Of a stretch of DNA of 64,000 nucleotides, positions 38,836 through 47,020 are shown in pieces (within the stretch, counting starts at the first letter, position 1; every line of letters begins with the position of its first letter). Below the pieces are notes generated by a model, which saw only the letters and a list, made by a program, of their open reading frames with translations, was not told the origin of the DNA and made no database searches. The stretch is from Bacteroidales bacterium (lineage in GTDB: Bacteria; Bacteroidota; Bacteroidia; Bacteroidales; UBA7960), in assembly GCA_019429365.1 (NCBI GenBank), contig JAHYJD010000007.1, positions 5,073-69,072 on the forward strand. The letters run 5' to 3'. Both the position numbers and the translations under genes were made by a program.

Positions 38836-39381
38836 ATGCAGGTCGACCTTTACAAAGAGGAGGAAATAGTTAAGGGTTGCCAGAACAATGAGCGTAAATA
38901 CCAGGAGATTTTGTACCGCCGGTATGCACGCAAAATGTATGGCATTTGCATGAGCTATGCCGGAAATCGCGACTTGGCCCAGGATATGCTGCACGATGCC
39001 TTTTTGAAAATTTTCAGAACCATCGACAGCTTTAAAATGGAAGGCTCGCTGGAAGGATGGATCAGAAGGGTAGTCAGTAATACGGCGATCGATCTCCTCA
39101 GAAAACAGCAACGGCTCGATCATTACATTACCGAAGACATGGAAGAAATTCAAACAGATAAAAAACCCGGCGTACACAGCTATCTTGCTACCAAGGAAAT
39201 ACTTGAAATGGTGAGCCATCTGCCCGATGGCGCCAGGGCTATTTTCAACCTCTTTGCCCTCGAAGGATTTTCGCACAAAGAAATTGCCGACCAGCTTCGA
39301 ATCAGCGAAGGAACCTCTAAATCGCAATACAACCGTGCCAGAAGCATTCTGAAGGGCTGGATAGAAAACAACCAGGAATAA
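38836..39381 (+). CDS. RNA polymerase ECF-type sigma-70 factor
   Basis: 181 aa. Region 2 contains DLAQDMLHDAFLKIF. The region 4 HTH is FSHKEIADQLRISEGTSKSQYNRAR. Confidence 0.85.
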   Translation: MQVDLYKEEEIVKGCQNNERKYQEILYRRYARKMYGICMSYAGNRDLAQDMLHDAFLKIFRTIDSFKMEGSLEGWIRRVVSNTAIDLLRKQQRLDHYITEDMEEIQTDKKPGVHSYLATKEILEMVSHLPDGARAIFNLFALEGFSHKEIADQLRISEGTSKSQYNRARSILKGWIENNQE

Positions 39382-39626
39382 TGAAAAAACCCAAAGGAAA
39401 ACAACCCCCCAAAAACCAATTCAAGATGTTGACAGATAAGGAACTCAGGCTGCTGGAAGAACTGGAAAAAAACCAGGACGTAGTGTATTTGCTCAACACC
39501 GAAGAATGTGAATTTGTATCGCGACTCATTTCAAGCTACAGGGAAATTAGAAGGCAACTGCTGGCTATTCAGCTAAACCAGCAAGAAGACTGGCTGGAAG
39601 AATACAACAAGAACAAAGGTGAATAA
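39381..39626 (+). CDS. small hypothetical protein downstream of the sigma factor
   Basis: 81 aa. Its start shares one base with the sigma gene stop (TAATG). No family was recognised. Confidence 0.4.
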   Translation: MKKPKGKQPPKNQFKMLTDKELRLLEELEKNQDVVYLLNTEECEFVSRLISSYREIRRQLLAIQLNQQEDWLEEYNKNKGE

Positions 39627-39640
39627 AACAGCCCAGGCAA

Positions 39641-40819
39641 ATGGATTTTGATAAATGGTACCGGACCGAAATTGAGTCGAACCAGGAAGACCCGCCCGGG
39701 GCTTTGTGGGAGGCGATTCAGGACGACCTCGACACCGACCTTGTCTGGCTGAGGCTGTCGGGCAAGCTGCCAGCGAAGAAACTTCCGCTATGGTCCACCC
39801 TGGCCATGGCTGCTTCTGTTGCCCTGCTGGTTGGTTTTGCTGCCTGGTTCTTTTGGTATGGAGAATTTTCCACAACTGGCCCAGCGCCAATGGCTGTTGA
39901 AGAGGCGCCAGCTCCAGTTCAGGAAACGACCTCTGGCACTCCGGAAATCGTCGATCCAACCCAAAGTCAACAACCAGTTTTGGCAATGCAGCCATTACAG
40001 TCTCAAAGAAAAGCCATTGGCGACAGCCCTTCACTAGCAATTTTTGAGCCGGAAGATAAGGACCTTTTTGTGGCCAGAAATGAAGGGATCCATGTTATCC
40101 GCTCTAAGCCTGCCAGAGAAATTGCAACGGCCACAGTTCCTGAAACAAATATCAAAACTTCCGCTTTCAACAGCCTCGAAGCCGAATTCCTGGCCACGGT
40201 ATTGCCCGAAAAAACCGCTCCGCGTTTCAGCATTGGCCTGACTGGTCAGTTTGCCAACACCTGGCTCCTGAACCAGAAAACCCTCCGAGGTCTGCAAAGC
40301 CAGGAACTGACCAATACCCATGCCTCCTTTGGGAAAAATTTCGGTTTAACCACTTTTGTACCCCTATCGGCCAGGTCGGGTCTTAAATCAGAGTTGTTTC
40401 TTTTTTCGCAAAGCCGGCAGAATTACAACGAATATATTGCGGGCCAATACGCATCAACTGGCCTCGCGCTCAATTATACCAGTATCACCCTGCAATACAG
40501 TCAGCGCTTCGGCAGGGGGCTTTCTCCACATATGCTCAGCCTGGGAGTATATGCAAGTGCCTTGCTACAGGCTCGTGAGTTTGAAGGCCGCACAGCCCAA
40601 AGGGTTAAAGACCAGTATTCAGATACCGATCTGGGCCTTGTGGCGGGTTACGAATACCTCATTCCGCTATCAGGGCAGCTGTTCCTGGGCACAGGAATAT
40701 TTGCAAAGTATGGACTGACCAATGCCTTCTCGGGAAACCAGGAAATTCCTTCATACCTCAACCGCACCCGCAATGCAGCCTTTGTTTTTTCTCTTTCGCT
40801 GAATTATGCCTTTGAATAA
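39641..40819 (+). CDS. anti-sigma-like membrane protein with C-terminal beta-barrel-like domain
   Basis: 392 aa. It has a short cytoplasmic N-terminus, one TM helix (LWSTLAMAASVALLVGFAAWFFW), a Pro/Gln-rich linker and a C-terminal porin-like alternating pattern ending in LSLNYAF. Confidence 0.5.
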   Translation: MDFDKWYRTEIESNQEDPPGALWEAIQDDLDTDLVWLRLSGKLPAKKLPLWSTLAMAASVALLVGFAAWFFWYGEFSTTGPAPMAVEEAPAPVQETTSGTPEIVDPTQSQQPVLAMQPLQSQRKAIGDSPSLAIFEPEDKDLFVARNEGIHVIRSKPAREIATATVPETNIKTSAFNSLEAEFLATVLPEKTAPRFSIGLTGQFANTWLLNQKTLRGLQSQELTNTHASFGKNFGLTTFVPLSARSGLKSELFLFSQSRQNYNEYIAGQYASTGLALNYTSITLQYSQRFGRGLSPHMLSLGVYASALLQAREFEGRTAQRVKDQYSDTDLGLVAGYEYLIPLSGQLFLGTGIFAKYGLTNAFSGNQEIPSYLNRTRNAAFVFSLSLNYAFE

Positions 40820-40899
40820 TTTTTGAACGTTCCAACCTTTTGGGGTTTAATAACGTCTTAGCAGTAAACCTCCCCTTTTTTAATTAACCTTAAATAAAA

Positions 40900-41829
40900 A
40901 TGAATATGAGACAACTTAGAAATTTTGCTTTTCTTTTTACACTAATAGGATTAACAGCCTTTCTGATAACATCCTGCCAGAAAGATGCCGATCTTGGCGG
41001 AAAAACTACTGGCACCTTGCATCTTTCTATTACCGATGCGCCTATTGATGCCTACGACATTACCGGCGTTTTCATAACCATTACCGGTATTGAATACAAC
41101 CAGGAGAATACCTGGATGGTACTCGAAGAGTTTGATGGTCCCGTAACCCTCAACCTGCTTGAGCTCACCGATGGTATCTCGGCCCAGTTAGGCAGTTTCG
41201 AACTGGAAGCCGGAACTTATACCCAGTTGCGGTTTATGCTTGATGCTCCTGAAATGGGCAATGGCAGCCACGCCAACCCTGGTTGCTACCTCGAATTTGG
41301 CGATGGCACTACCGAGCCATTGTTTGTTCCCAGTGGCGCACAAACCGGTTATAAAGCTGTGGGCGAATTTATTATTCCTGCAGAAGGCGACATATATGTA
41401 ACAGCTGACTTTGATGTCAGGAAATCTGTTGTGGTGGCTGGCAACTCCGGTAAATTTATCCTCAAGCCCACCATCAGGCTGGTTGTAGAAGACCGCTCGG
41501 GCGAAATTGAAGGCACACTGCTGAATATGGACGAGGAAACTGAAGGGCTGGGTTACCTGGTTTATATATACGAAGCCGGAACCTACGACGAAGCGGAGGC
41601 CGACGATCCTGCTGAGGAAGAACCCAGGTTCCCCAACGCCATTAGCAGCAAGCTGGTTGATGAAGACGGAAATTTTATGTTTGCGTTCCTTCCTGAAGGC
41701 CTCTACGATCTGGTGTTGATAACTACCCTCGATGGCGAGTTCAGCGAAGTGCTCGGACTGGTTGAAGAAATTGAAGTAATCAGAAACGTGACCACTGTGG
41801 TGGAAATAGATATTACTGGGTTAGAGTAA
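40900..41829 (+). CDS. DUF4382-type lipoprotein
   Basis: 309 aa with lipobox FLITSCQKD. GTLHLSITDAPID and ELEAGTYTQLRFML resemble the DUF4382 family as I recall it. Confidence 0.6.
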   Translation: MNMRQLRNFAFLFTLIGLTAFLITSCQKDADLGGKTTGTLHLSITDAPIDAYDITGVFITITGIEYNQENTWMVLEEFDGPVTLNLLELTDGISAQLGSFELEAGTYTQLRFMLDAPEMGNGSHANPGCYLEFGDGTTEPLFVPSGAQTGYKAVGEFIIPAEGDIYVTADFDVRKSVVVAGNSGKFILKPTIRLVVEDRSGEIEGTLLNMDEETEGLGYLVYIYEAGTYDEAEADDPAEEEPRFPNAISSKLVDEDGNFMFAFLPEGLYDLVLITTLDGEFSEVLGLVEEIEVIRNVTTVVEIDITGLE

Positions 41830-41852
41830 ACCTCCTCTTTACCTGTAACCTG

Positions 41853-41884
41853 CGGGGGCTGATTTGGCAGCCCCCGTTTTTTTT
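41853..41884 (+). terminator. rho-independent terminator
   Basis: 9-bp GC-rich stem cgggggctg/cagcccccg followed by a T8 run. Confidence 0.8.
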
Positions 41885-42446
41885 ACCCTTGCACTTCTTC
41901 CCACCTGAAACAATTGACAAGATGATCATTCACCAGGCCTATAGCTTGCATGTGCGCATAAAAAACCGTGGTACCCAGAAATTTAAAGCCACGTTGTTTC
42001 AAATCTTTGCTTATCAAATCAGATAAAGACGTACTTGTGGGTAACTGAGAAAGACTTTCCCATTTGTTAATAACAGGCTTGTTTCCAACAAATGACCACA
42101 AATATTTATCGAAGGTTCCAAACTCTTTCTTTACTTCCAGAAAACGAGCTGCATTATTAATGGCCGCCAGAATCTTTGCCCTGTTGCGAATAATTCCTGC
42201 ATCCTGAACAAGCTCTTCCACTTTTTCAAGACCAAAAGCAGCCACTTTCCACGGATCGAAATCTGCAAAAGCCCTGCGGAAATTTTCACGCTTCTTTAAA
42301 ACGATATACCAGCTCAAACCAGCCTGCATGGATTCGAGCACCAGAAACTCGAAATGCTTTCTGTCCTCATGAACAGGCACACCCCATTCCTCATCGTGGT
42401 ATTTAACATAAAGCGGATCGGTTCCGCACCAGGGACAACGCACCAT
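41883..42446 (-). CDS. tag: DNA-3-methyladenine glycosylase I
   Basis: 187 aa with the Tag signature CPWCGTDPLYVKYHDEEWGVP. Confidence 0.9.
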   Translation of the reverse strand: MVRCPWCGTDPLYVKYHDEEWGVPVHEDRKHFEFLVLESMQAGLSWYIVLKKRENFRRAFADFDPWKVAAFGLEKVEELVQDAGIIRNRAKILAAINNAARFLEVKKEFGTFDKYLWSFVGNKPVINKWESLSQLPTSTSLSDLISKDLKQRGFKFLGTTVFYAHMQAIGLVNDHLVNCFRWEEVQG

Positions 42447-42453
42447 TTGATTT

Positions 42454-42480
42454 ATGATTTAGGAATAATGATTTAGGAAT
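42454..42480. repeat. direct 13-mer repeat atgatttaggaat x2 (period 14)
   Basis: Copies lie at 42454-42466 and 42468-42480. They use the same atgattt/aggat words as the 37034 array. Confidence 0.85.
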
Positions 42481-42490
42481 TAATAAAAAA

Positions 42491-42530
42491 ACTTCCGACC
42501 TGCCTGCCGGCAGGCAGGCTTCGGACTTCC
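42491..42530 (-). terminator. long palindromic hairpin downstream of the GNAT gene
   Basis: A perfect 20-nt palindrome cctgcctgccggcaggcagg (42499-42518) is extended by ttccga/tcgga arms. On the - strand it is followed by a T7 run. Confidence 0.7.
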
Positions 42531-43076
42531 TCACCCCTCATTCCACTCGCTCTTCAGCAAGGAATACATTTCAATATCGTTGAATCCGCTGCTTAACAAC
42601 TCGGCATCGCGAGCAATGCCTTCGAAAGTGAAATTCAGTTTTTTTGGAATTCGTTTGCTTCTTTGGTTTCCGGTGGCCACATTGATTTGAATCCGGTGAA
42701 AGTTCCAGCAATGAAATGCCTGATGGATCATCGCCCTTACCGACCGGGTAATAATGCCCTTCCCCTGAAAGCGTTCAGATATCCAGTATCCGATTTCAGT
42801 TTTTCGGTTGGCCGTATCGGTAAATTTGTAACCGATCAGACCTGCAAAACGGCCCTGGAAACGAATGGCGTAAACAATATCAGCAGGGCCGGTTGAGGCA
42901 ACCATGGCCGTTTCAACAAACCTTCGAGTATCGGAGATTTCCATTGTAAAATCAACAAAAGGAAGCCACCGTCCAAGGTATTTTCGCTCCCGGTCAATGG
43001 TGGAAAAAATGTCCTCAACATCCTCCATTGAAACAGGAGCCAGGATAATATCTTCATTTACAATTAATCTTGCCAT
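42531..43076 (-). CDS. GNAT-family N-acetyltransferase (RimJ/RimL-like)
   Basis: 181 aa with the acetyl-CoA motif region QGKGIITRSVRAMIHQAF. Confidence 0.8.
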   Translation of the reverse strand: MARLIVNEDIILAPVSMEDVEDIFSTIDRERKYLGRWLPFVDFTMEISDTRRFVETAMVASTGPADIVYAIRFQGRFAGLIGYKFTDTANRKTEIGYWISERFQGKGIITRSVRAMIHQAFHCWNFHRIQINVATGNQRSKRIPKKLNFTFEGIARDAELLSSGFNDIEMYSLLKSEWNEG

Positions 43077-43158
43077 ATCGCAAAGAATTACTGTTCATAT
43101 CTAAATCAAAAAGAACCATTTTCGCAATCATAAATCAATATTCATAAATTTTCTCTGA

Positions 43159-43179
43159 GCCCTGTGCCCTATGCCCTGC
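43159..43179. repeat. tandem heptamer x3 (gccctgt gccctat gccctgc)
   Basis: Read directly from the sequence. It is preceded by aatcataaatcaatattcataaatt (43126-43150), which resembles 37128-37154. Confidence 0.85.
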
Positions 43180-43185
43180 GCTGCT

Positions 43186-43689
43186 TTAATCATACATTTC
43201 CACATATTCAAAAGTATTGCCACAATGTTGCAGAAACTTCAGGAAATCTGAGTATTTAATTACTAGTGAGGCAGTGTTGATGCAGGGATGAAAACTTATG
43301 GTTTTACTTTCCGCAAGGTTTTTATCGAGAAAAAGGTGCACATGTTTTGCATGGTCGTTGATCAATCCGAATGGAGTAACGGATCCGGGTGTAATCCCCA
43401 GGTGCCTTTTAAGCCTTTCGGGAGAGGCAAAGGTTAGTTTGCCTTGTTTCAGGCGTTGCTCCAAGTCGCGTATGTTCAGCTCCTGCCGGTGCTCCAGGAT
43501 AACAAGGTAGTGCCGGTTTCCTTTGTGATTTCTAAAGAAAAGGTTTTTGCAATGGGTGGCATCCAGGTCCTTCCAGTACTTTTGGGCCTCTTCAACTGTT
43601 GGGGCAGCCGGGTGTTCGTAATACTCGAATTCAATGCCGAGTTCTTCAAATAACTGATATAAATTAAGATCTCCATTCATAACCGACAA
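43186..43689 (-). CDS. YbaK/ProX-family aminoacyl-tRNA editing (deacylase) domain protein
   Basis: 167 aa with HCKNLFF, GSVTPFGL and FHPCINTAS blocks typical of prolyl-tRNA-synthetase-associated domains. Confidence 0.7.
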   Translation of the reverse strand: MSVMNGDLNLYQLFEELGIEFEYYEHPAAPTVEEAQKYWKDLDATHCKNLFFRNHKGNRHYLVILEHRQELNIRDLEQRLKQGKLTFASPERLKRHLGITPGSVTPFGLINDHAKHVHLFLDKNLAESKTISFHPCINTASLVIKYSDFLKFLQHCGNTFEYVEMYD

Positions 43690-43734
43690 ATTTAATCCAT
43701 TTTACCCGCAGGCACAATGCCCTTTGGAAATAAA

Positions 43735-43769
43735 AACAGGCTGTCAGCATTACTCCGCGACAGCCTGTT
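43735..43769 (-). terminator. terminator downstream of trpB2-type gene
   Basis: 11-bp stem aacaggctgtc/gacagcctgtt. On the - strand it is followed by tttta. Confidence 0.65.
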
Positions 43770-43800
43770 TTGCATTGTTTCCGGGTAGTACGGGTGCTCT

Positions 43801-45162
43801 TCAGCTGGGTTGCAGAGCGTCGGTCAGCGAAACGGATCTTTTAATTTCTTCATCGCTAACGCCCTGATCGGTCAATTCACCTGCCAGGTAAGAAGCATAG
43901 GACGCCAGATCGAGGTAGCCATGCCCGCAAAGGTTGAACAAAATGGTCTTTTCCGTTCCTTCTTCCTTGCAGCGTAATGCTTCATCAATCACAGTGGCAA
44001 TGGCGTGGGTGGCTTCGGGTGCCGGAATAATGCCTTCTGAGCGGGTAAACTGCATGCCTGCCTCGAAACAGCGTTTTTGGTTCTGCGAAACGGCTTCGAT
44101 CAGCCCATCTTTGAGCAGTTGGCTCACAATCACACCAGCTCCATGGTATCTGAGACCGCCGGCATGAATAGGCGATGGCATAAAATCATGGCCCAGGGTG
44201 TACATCGGCAAAAGGGGTGTCATGCCTGCAGTATCGCCAAAATCGTAACGGAACTCACCGCGCGTAAGTTTTGGACAGGAAGCCGGCTCTACGGCAATGC
44301 AGCGCACATTCTGGTTTTCACGAAGGTTCTTTTCAAGGAATGGAAAGGCAATACCGGCAAAGTTGCTGCCGCCGCCAAAGGGAGCCACCACAATATCGGG
44401 AAAATCGCCGGCTTTTTCCAGCTGAAGAATGGCCTCCTGCCCTATCACGGTCTGGTGCAGCAAAACGTGATTGAGCACACTGCCCAAAGCATAATGGGCT
44501 TCCGGATCGCTGGCTGCCCGTTCAATAGCCTCAGAAATGGCAATACCAAGACTACCCGTAGAATGGGGATCAGCATCAAGCACCCGTCTGCCCACCTCAG
44601 TAATCAGAGATGGCGAAGAGTGTACGGTTCCGCCAAATGTATTCATCATAATTTTGCGATAGGGCTTTTGGTCGTAACTCACCCTCACCATAAATACTTC
44701 GCACTCCATGCCAAACATCTGGCAGGCATAGGCAAGAGCCGTGCCCCACTGACCGGCACCGGTTTCGGTTGTAATACGCTTAATACCTTCCATCTTACTA
44801 TAAAAAGCCTGGGGTACAGCCGTATTGGGTTTATGCGAACCGGCCGGGCTTACGCCTTCGTATTTATAATAGATTTTGGCCGGAGTGTCGAGCAATTTTT
44901 CCAAACCCGTAGCCCTGAAAAGCGGCGTAGGCCTCCAGCTGGCATAAATCTTTCTTACCTCGTCGGGAATTTCAATAAAGCGCTCCGAAGAAACATCCTG
45001 AAGTATTAGTTCCTTTGGGAAAAGCGGTTCAAGCTGGTCGGGCGTAATGGGTTGACGTGTGCCGGGATGAAGCGGTGGCAGCGGCTTATTGGGCATATCA
45101 GCCGTAATGTTATAATAAAAACGCGGAATTTCCGCCTCTGAAAGCATGATTTTTCGTTGCAT
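43801..45162 (-). CDS. TrpB-like PLP-dependent enzyme (tryptophan synthase beta, TrpB2 type), stand-alone
   Basis: 453 aa. It has the long N-terminal extension typical of TrpB2, the PLP lysine block GSHKPNTA, and the phosphate loop FGGGSNFAG. No trpA is adjacent. Confidence 0.85.
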   Translation of the reverse strand: MQRKIMLSEAEIPRFYYNITADMPNKPLPPLHPGTRQPITPDQLEPLFPKELILQDVSSERFIEIPDEVRKIYASWRPTPLFRATGLEKLLDTPAKIYYKYEGVSPAGSHKPNTAVPQAFYSKMEGIKRITTETGAGQWGTALAYACQMFGMECEVFMVRVSYDQKPYRKIMMNTFGGTVHSSPSLITEVGRRVLDADPHSTGSLGIAISEAIERAASDPEAHYALGSVLNHVLLHQTVIGQEAILQLEKAGDFPDIVVAPFGGGSNFAGIAFPFLEKNLRENQNVRCIAVEPASCPKLTRGEFRYDFGDTAGMTPLLPMYTLGHDFMPSPIHAGGLRYHGAGVIVSQLLKDGLIEAVSQNQKRCFEAGMQFTRSEGIIPAPEATHAIATVIDEALRCKEEGTEKTILFNLCGHGYLDLASYASYLAGELTDQGVSDEEIKRSVSLTDALQPS

Positions 45163-45269
45163 GGCATGTAATTATTTGAAAATAAACTGGTTAACCGGCG
45201 AATACCGGAAATAGGAATTTGTTATGTAATTGTTTTGAATTACACGGAGGCACAAAGCCCCCACAGAGG

Positions 45270-45362
45270 TTAGGATATAGTATTAGCAGCCCGGGAGGAC
45301 CGCCACCAGGACCAGTTGTTGCGAAGCCATGCGCTTCTATGGAGGGTTTTATCTGTCAACAT
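45270..45362 (-). promoter_or_regulatory. candidate Trp-rich leader peptide ORF (attenuator-type) upstream of trpB2
   Basis: A 30-codon ORF, translated by hand, gives MLTDKTLHRSAWLRNNWSWWRSSRAANTIS. It has 4 TGG codons including WSWW, and it ends 107 nt upstream of the trpB2 ATG. Confidence 0.45.
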
Positions 45363-45393
45363 CTGGTTAATCATGGGCTAAAATTAAACAAAG

Positions 45394-45429
45394 GTTTTGG
45401 TGCAGCAAAACTTTTTTCCCTTTTTTTTA
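45394..45429 (+). terminator. terminator-like hairpin with no upstream + strand gene
   Basis: Stem gttttg/caaaac with loop gtgcag, then tttttt ccc tttttttt. It lies between the leader ORF and ferritin. Confidence 0.4.
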
Positions 45430-45597
45430 CTTAAAACATTTAAGTATCTGATTATGAATATTCATACGAACTGGAAAACGTTAATAAATTTTAAATCTAT
45501 ACAAACTCTATTTTTGGTGCAACACAAGCCTGATAATTTTCTACCTTTGATGATCAAAGTAAATTTTTCAATTACAAACTATAAAAAACAGAAGACC

Positions 45598-46104
45598 ATG
45601 TTATCGAAAAAAATGGAAGAAATCCTGAATCTGCAGGTGGGTAAAGAGGCCTATGCTTCGGCCCTGTACCTTGCCATGGCATCATGGGCAGAGAATAAAG
45701 GAATGGAAGGAGTTTCCGAATGGTTTTATGCCCAGACAGAAGAAGAACGCCTTCATATGCTTAAATTCCTTCGCTATGTAAATGAGCGTGGCGGACACGG
45801 CGTTGTGCCACTGGTTGACCAGCCACCCGTAGCGTTTAAGGACGTGAAAACTGTTTTTGAAGCAGCCCTGGAACATGAGCAGATGGTGACCCGCTCCATT
45901 AATGAGATCGTTGCCCTTGCCCTGGAAGAAAAAGATTTCACCACCCACCACTGGCTTCAATGGTTCGTTGAAGAACAGCTTGAAGAAGAAAGTTCTGTTC
46001 AGCGCATTATTGACAAGCTGAACCTGCTTGGCGAACACAATCTTTATTTGTTCGACCGCGATATTATGGGCATGCGCGGTGCCGGAGCCGAAGGCGAAGC
46101 TTAA
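45598..46104 (+). CDS. ftnA: non-heme ferritin
   Basis: 168 aa from the ATG at 45598. Ferroxidase-centre blocks are EAYASALYLAMASW, EEERLHMLKF and ALEHEQMVT. The upstream part of the 235-aa track ORF is AT-rich and has no support. Confidence 0.85.
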   Translation: MLSKKMEEILNLQVGKEAYASALYLAMASWAENKGMEGVSEWFYAQTEEERLHMLKFLRYVNERGGHGVVPLVDQPPVAFKDVKTVFEAALEHEQMVTRSINEIVALALEEKDFTTHHWLQWFVEEQLEEESSVQRIIDKLNLLGEHNLYLFDRDIMGMRGAGAEGEA

Positions 46105-46130
46105 ATCGCAATGTTTGACTGAAGAAAATA

Positions 46131-46157
46131 AAAGGGGATAGTTTGTCCCCTTTTTTT
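46131..46157 (+). terminator. rho-independent terminator after ferritin
   Basis: Stem aaagggga/tccccttt followed by a T7 run. Confidence 0.75.
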
Positions 46158-46184
46158 ATTTCTTATTAATTTCGCACAGCATTA

Positions 46185-46257
46185 GCCTCCTTAGCTCAGT
46201 TGGTAGAGCAACGCACTCGTAATGCGTAGGTCGCGGGTTCGACTCCCGTGGGAGGCT
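46185..46257 (+). tRNA. tRNA-Thr (anticodon CGT)
   Basis: Folded by hand. The acceptor stem is GCCTCCT/GGGAGGC and the D arm is AGCTCAGTTGGTAGAGC. The anticodon stem is ACGCA/TGCGT with loop CTCGTAA. The T arm is GCGGG-TTCGACT-CCCGT. Confidence 0.85.
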
Positions 46258-46278
46258 CTTTTAAATTCATTTTTCCAA

Positions 46279-46373
46279 GGTGCAACGCACCCAAATATTG
46301 GTAGCAGAGGGTTACTCCAAACCTAATTAGGTGCAGCGCACCGTGATATTTATTATTTCGGTGCGCTGCACCT
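46279..46373. repeat. three copies of a near-palindromic 13-mer GGTGCA(A/G)CGCACC, two of them forming a 14-bp inverted repeat
   Basis: ggtgcaacgcacc lies at 46279-46291. aggtgcagcgcacc at 46329-46342 is the reverse complement of ggtgcgctgcacct at 46360-46373, with a 17-nt AT-rich spacer. Confidence 0.8.
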
Positions 46374-46599
46374 CAATGTAATACAATCCTGATATACTTC
46401 TACCGATATTTCGCGGCGCTGCCGCTTAAACCACGCAATTCAGTCTGCGCAGTGAACCCCACCCTATCTTAAACAATCACAATTAACTCATTTATAGTTT
46501 TTTAAAATATTTCAGAAAAAAAGTACTTTTTTTCTTGTACGGTATTATTTTTTATTATTACATTTGCGTATTCAAATACCACAATTCAATTTAAAGATT

Positions 46600-46998
46600 T
46601 TGAGCAAGATTTTAAACATATCGGAAGCCGCCACCATAGCCATTCACAGCATGGCGTTGATAGCCCGAAGCAAGGAGCTGTTAAACGCCCAGGAGATAGC
46701 AGAAGTGACGGGATTCTCGAAAAATCACATCTCAAAAGTGCTTCAGCAACTGGTTAAGTTCAATTTTTTGAATTCTACCCGAGGGCCCAAGGGAGGTTTT
46801 GTGCTCAAACGCAATCCCGAAGAGGTTTCCTTAATGGAAATTTACCGTGCCATAGAAGGCGACATTGACCAGGGTACCGGCTGCAAAATGCATTGCGAAA
46901 ATTGCCCGTTCAACAGTTGTATTTTCGGTGGGCTGAGTGAAAAATTCAGCCGCGAATTCAGCAACTACCTAAATGAAAAGAATTTAGCCACAGTATAA
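46600..46998 (+). CDS. Rrf2-family transcriptional regulator (Fe-S type)
   Basis: An N-terminal wHTH (ISEAATIAIHSMALIA...) and a C-terminal Cys cluster (GCKMHCENCPFNSC). There is no in-frame ATG near the N-terminus. TTG at 46600 gives a family-typical start; the track uses TTG 46564. Confidence 0.75.
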   Translation: MSKILNISEAATIAIHSMALIARSKELLNAQEIAEVTGFSKNHISKVLQQLVKFNFLNSTRGPKGGFVLKRNPEEVSLMEIYRAIEGDIDQGTGCKMHCENCPFNSCIFGGLSEKFSREFSNYLNEKNLATV

Positions 46999-47020
46999 AA
47001 CGAATAATCCCTTCAACAGA

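Noticed and set aside
44077-45009. A 310-aa + strand ORF opposite the trpB2-type gene. Similar long antisense ORFs lie at 1526-2422, 54306-55139, 55833-56591 and 30606-31283.
   Set aside because: All are nested antisense to genes with clear family signatures and lack any of their own.
45288-45304. agcccgggaggaccgcc loosely resembles the B12-box of cobalamin riboswitches.
   Set aside because: It needs insertions to align, and the rest of the cobalamin riboswitch core is not visible. The genomic context (trpB2 and ferritin) does not fit.
45219-45434. A 71-aa + strand ORF in the trpB2-ferritin intergenic region.
   Set aside because: It starts at a non-ATG codon, runs through hairpins and a T-rich terminator-like tract, and has no motif. 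The - strand Trp-rich leader ORF explains the region better.
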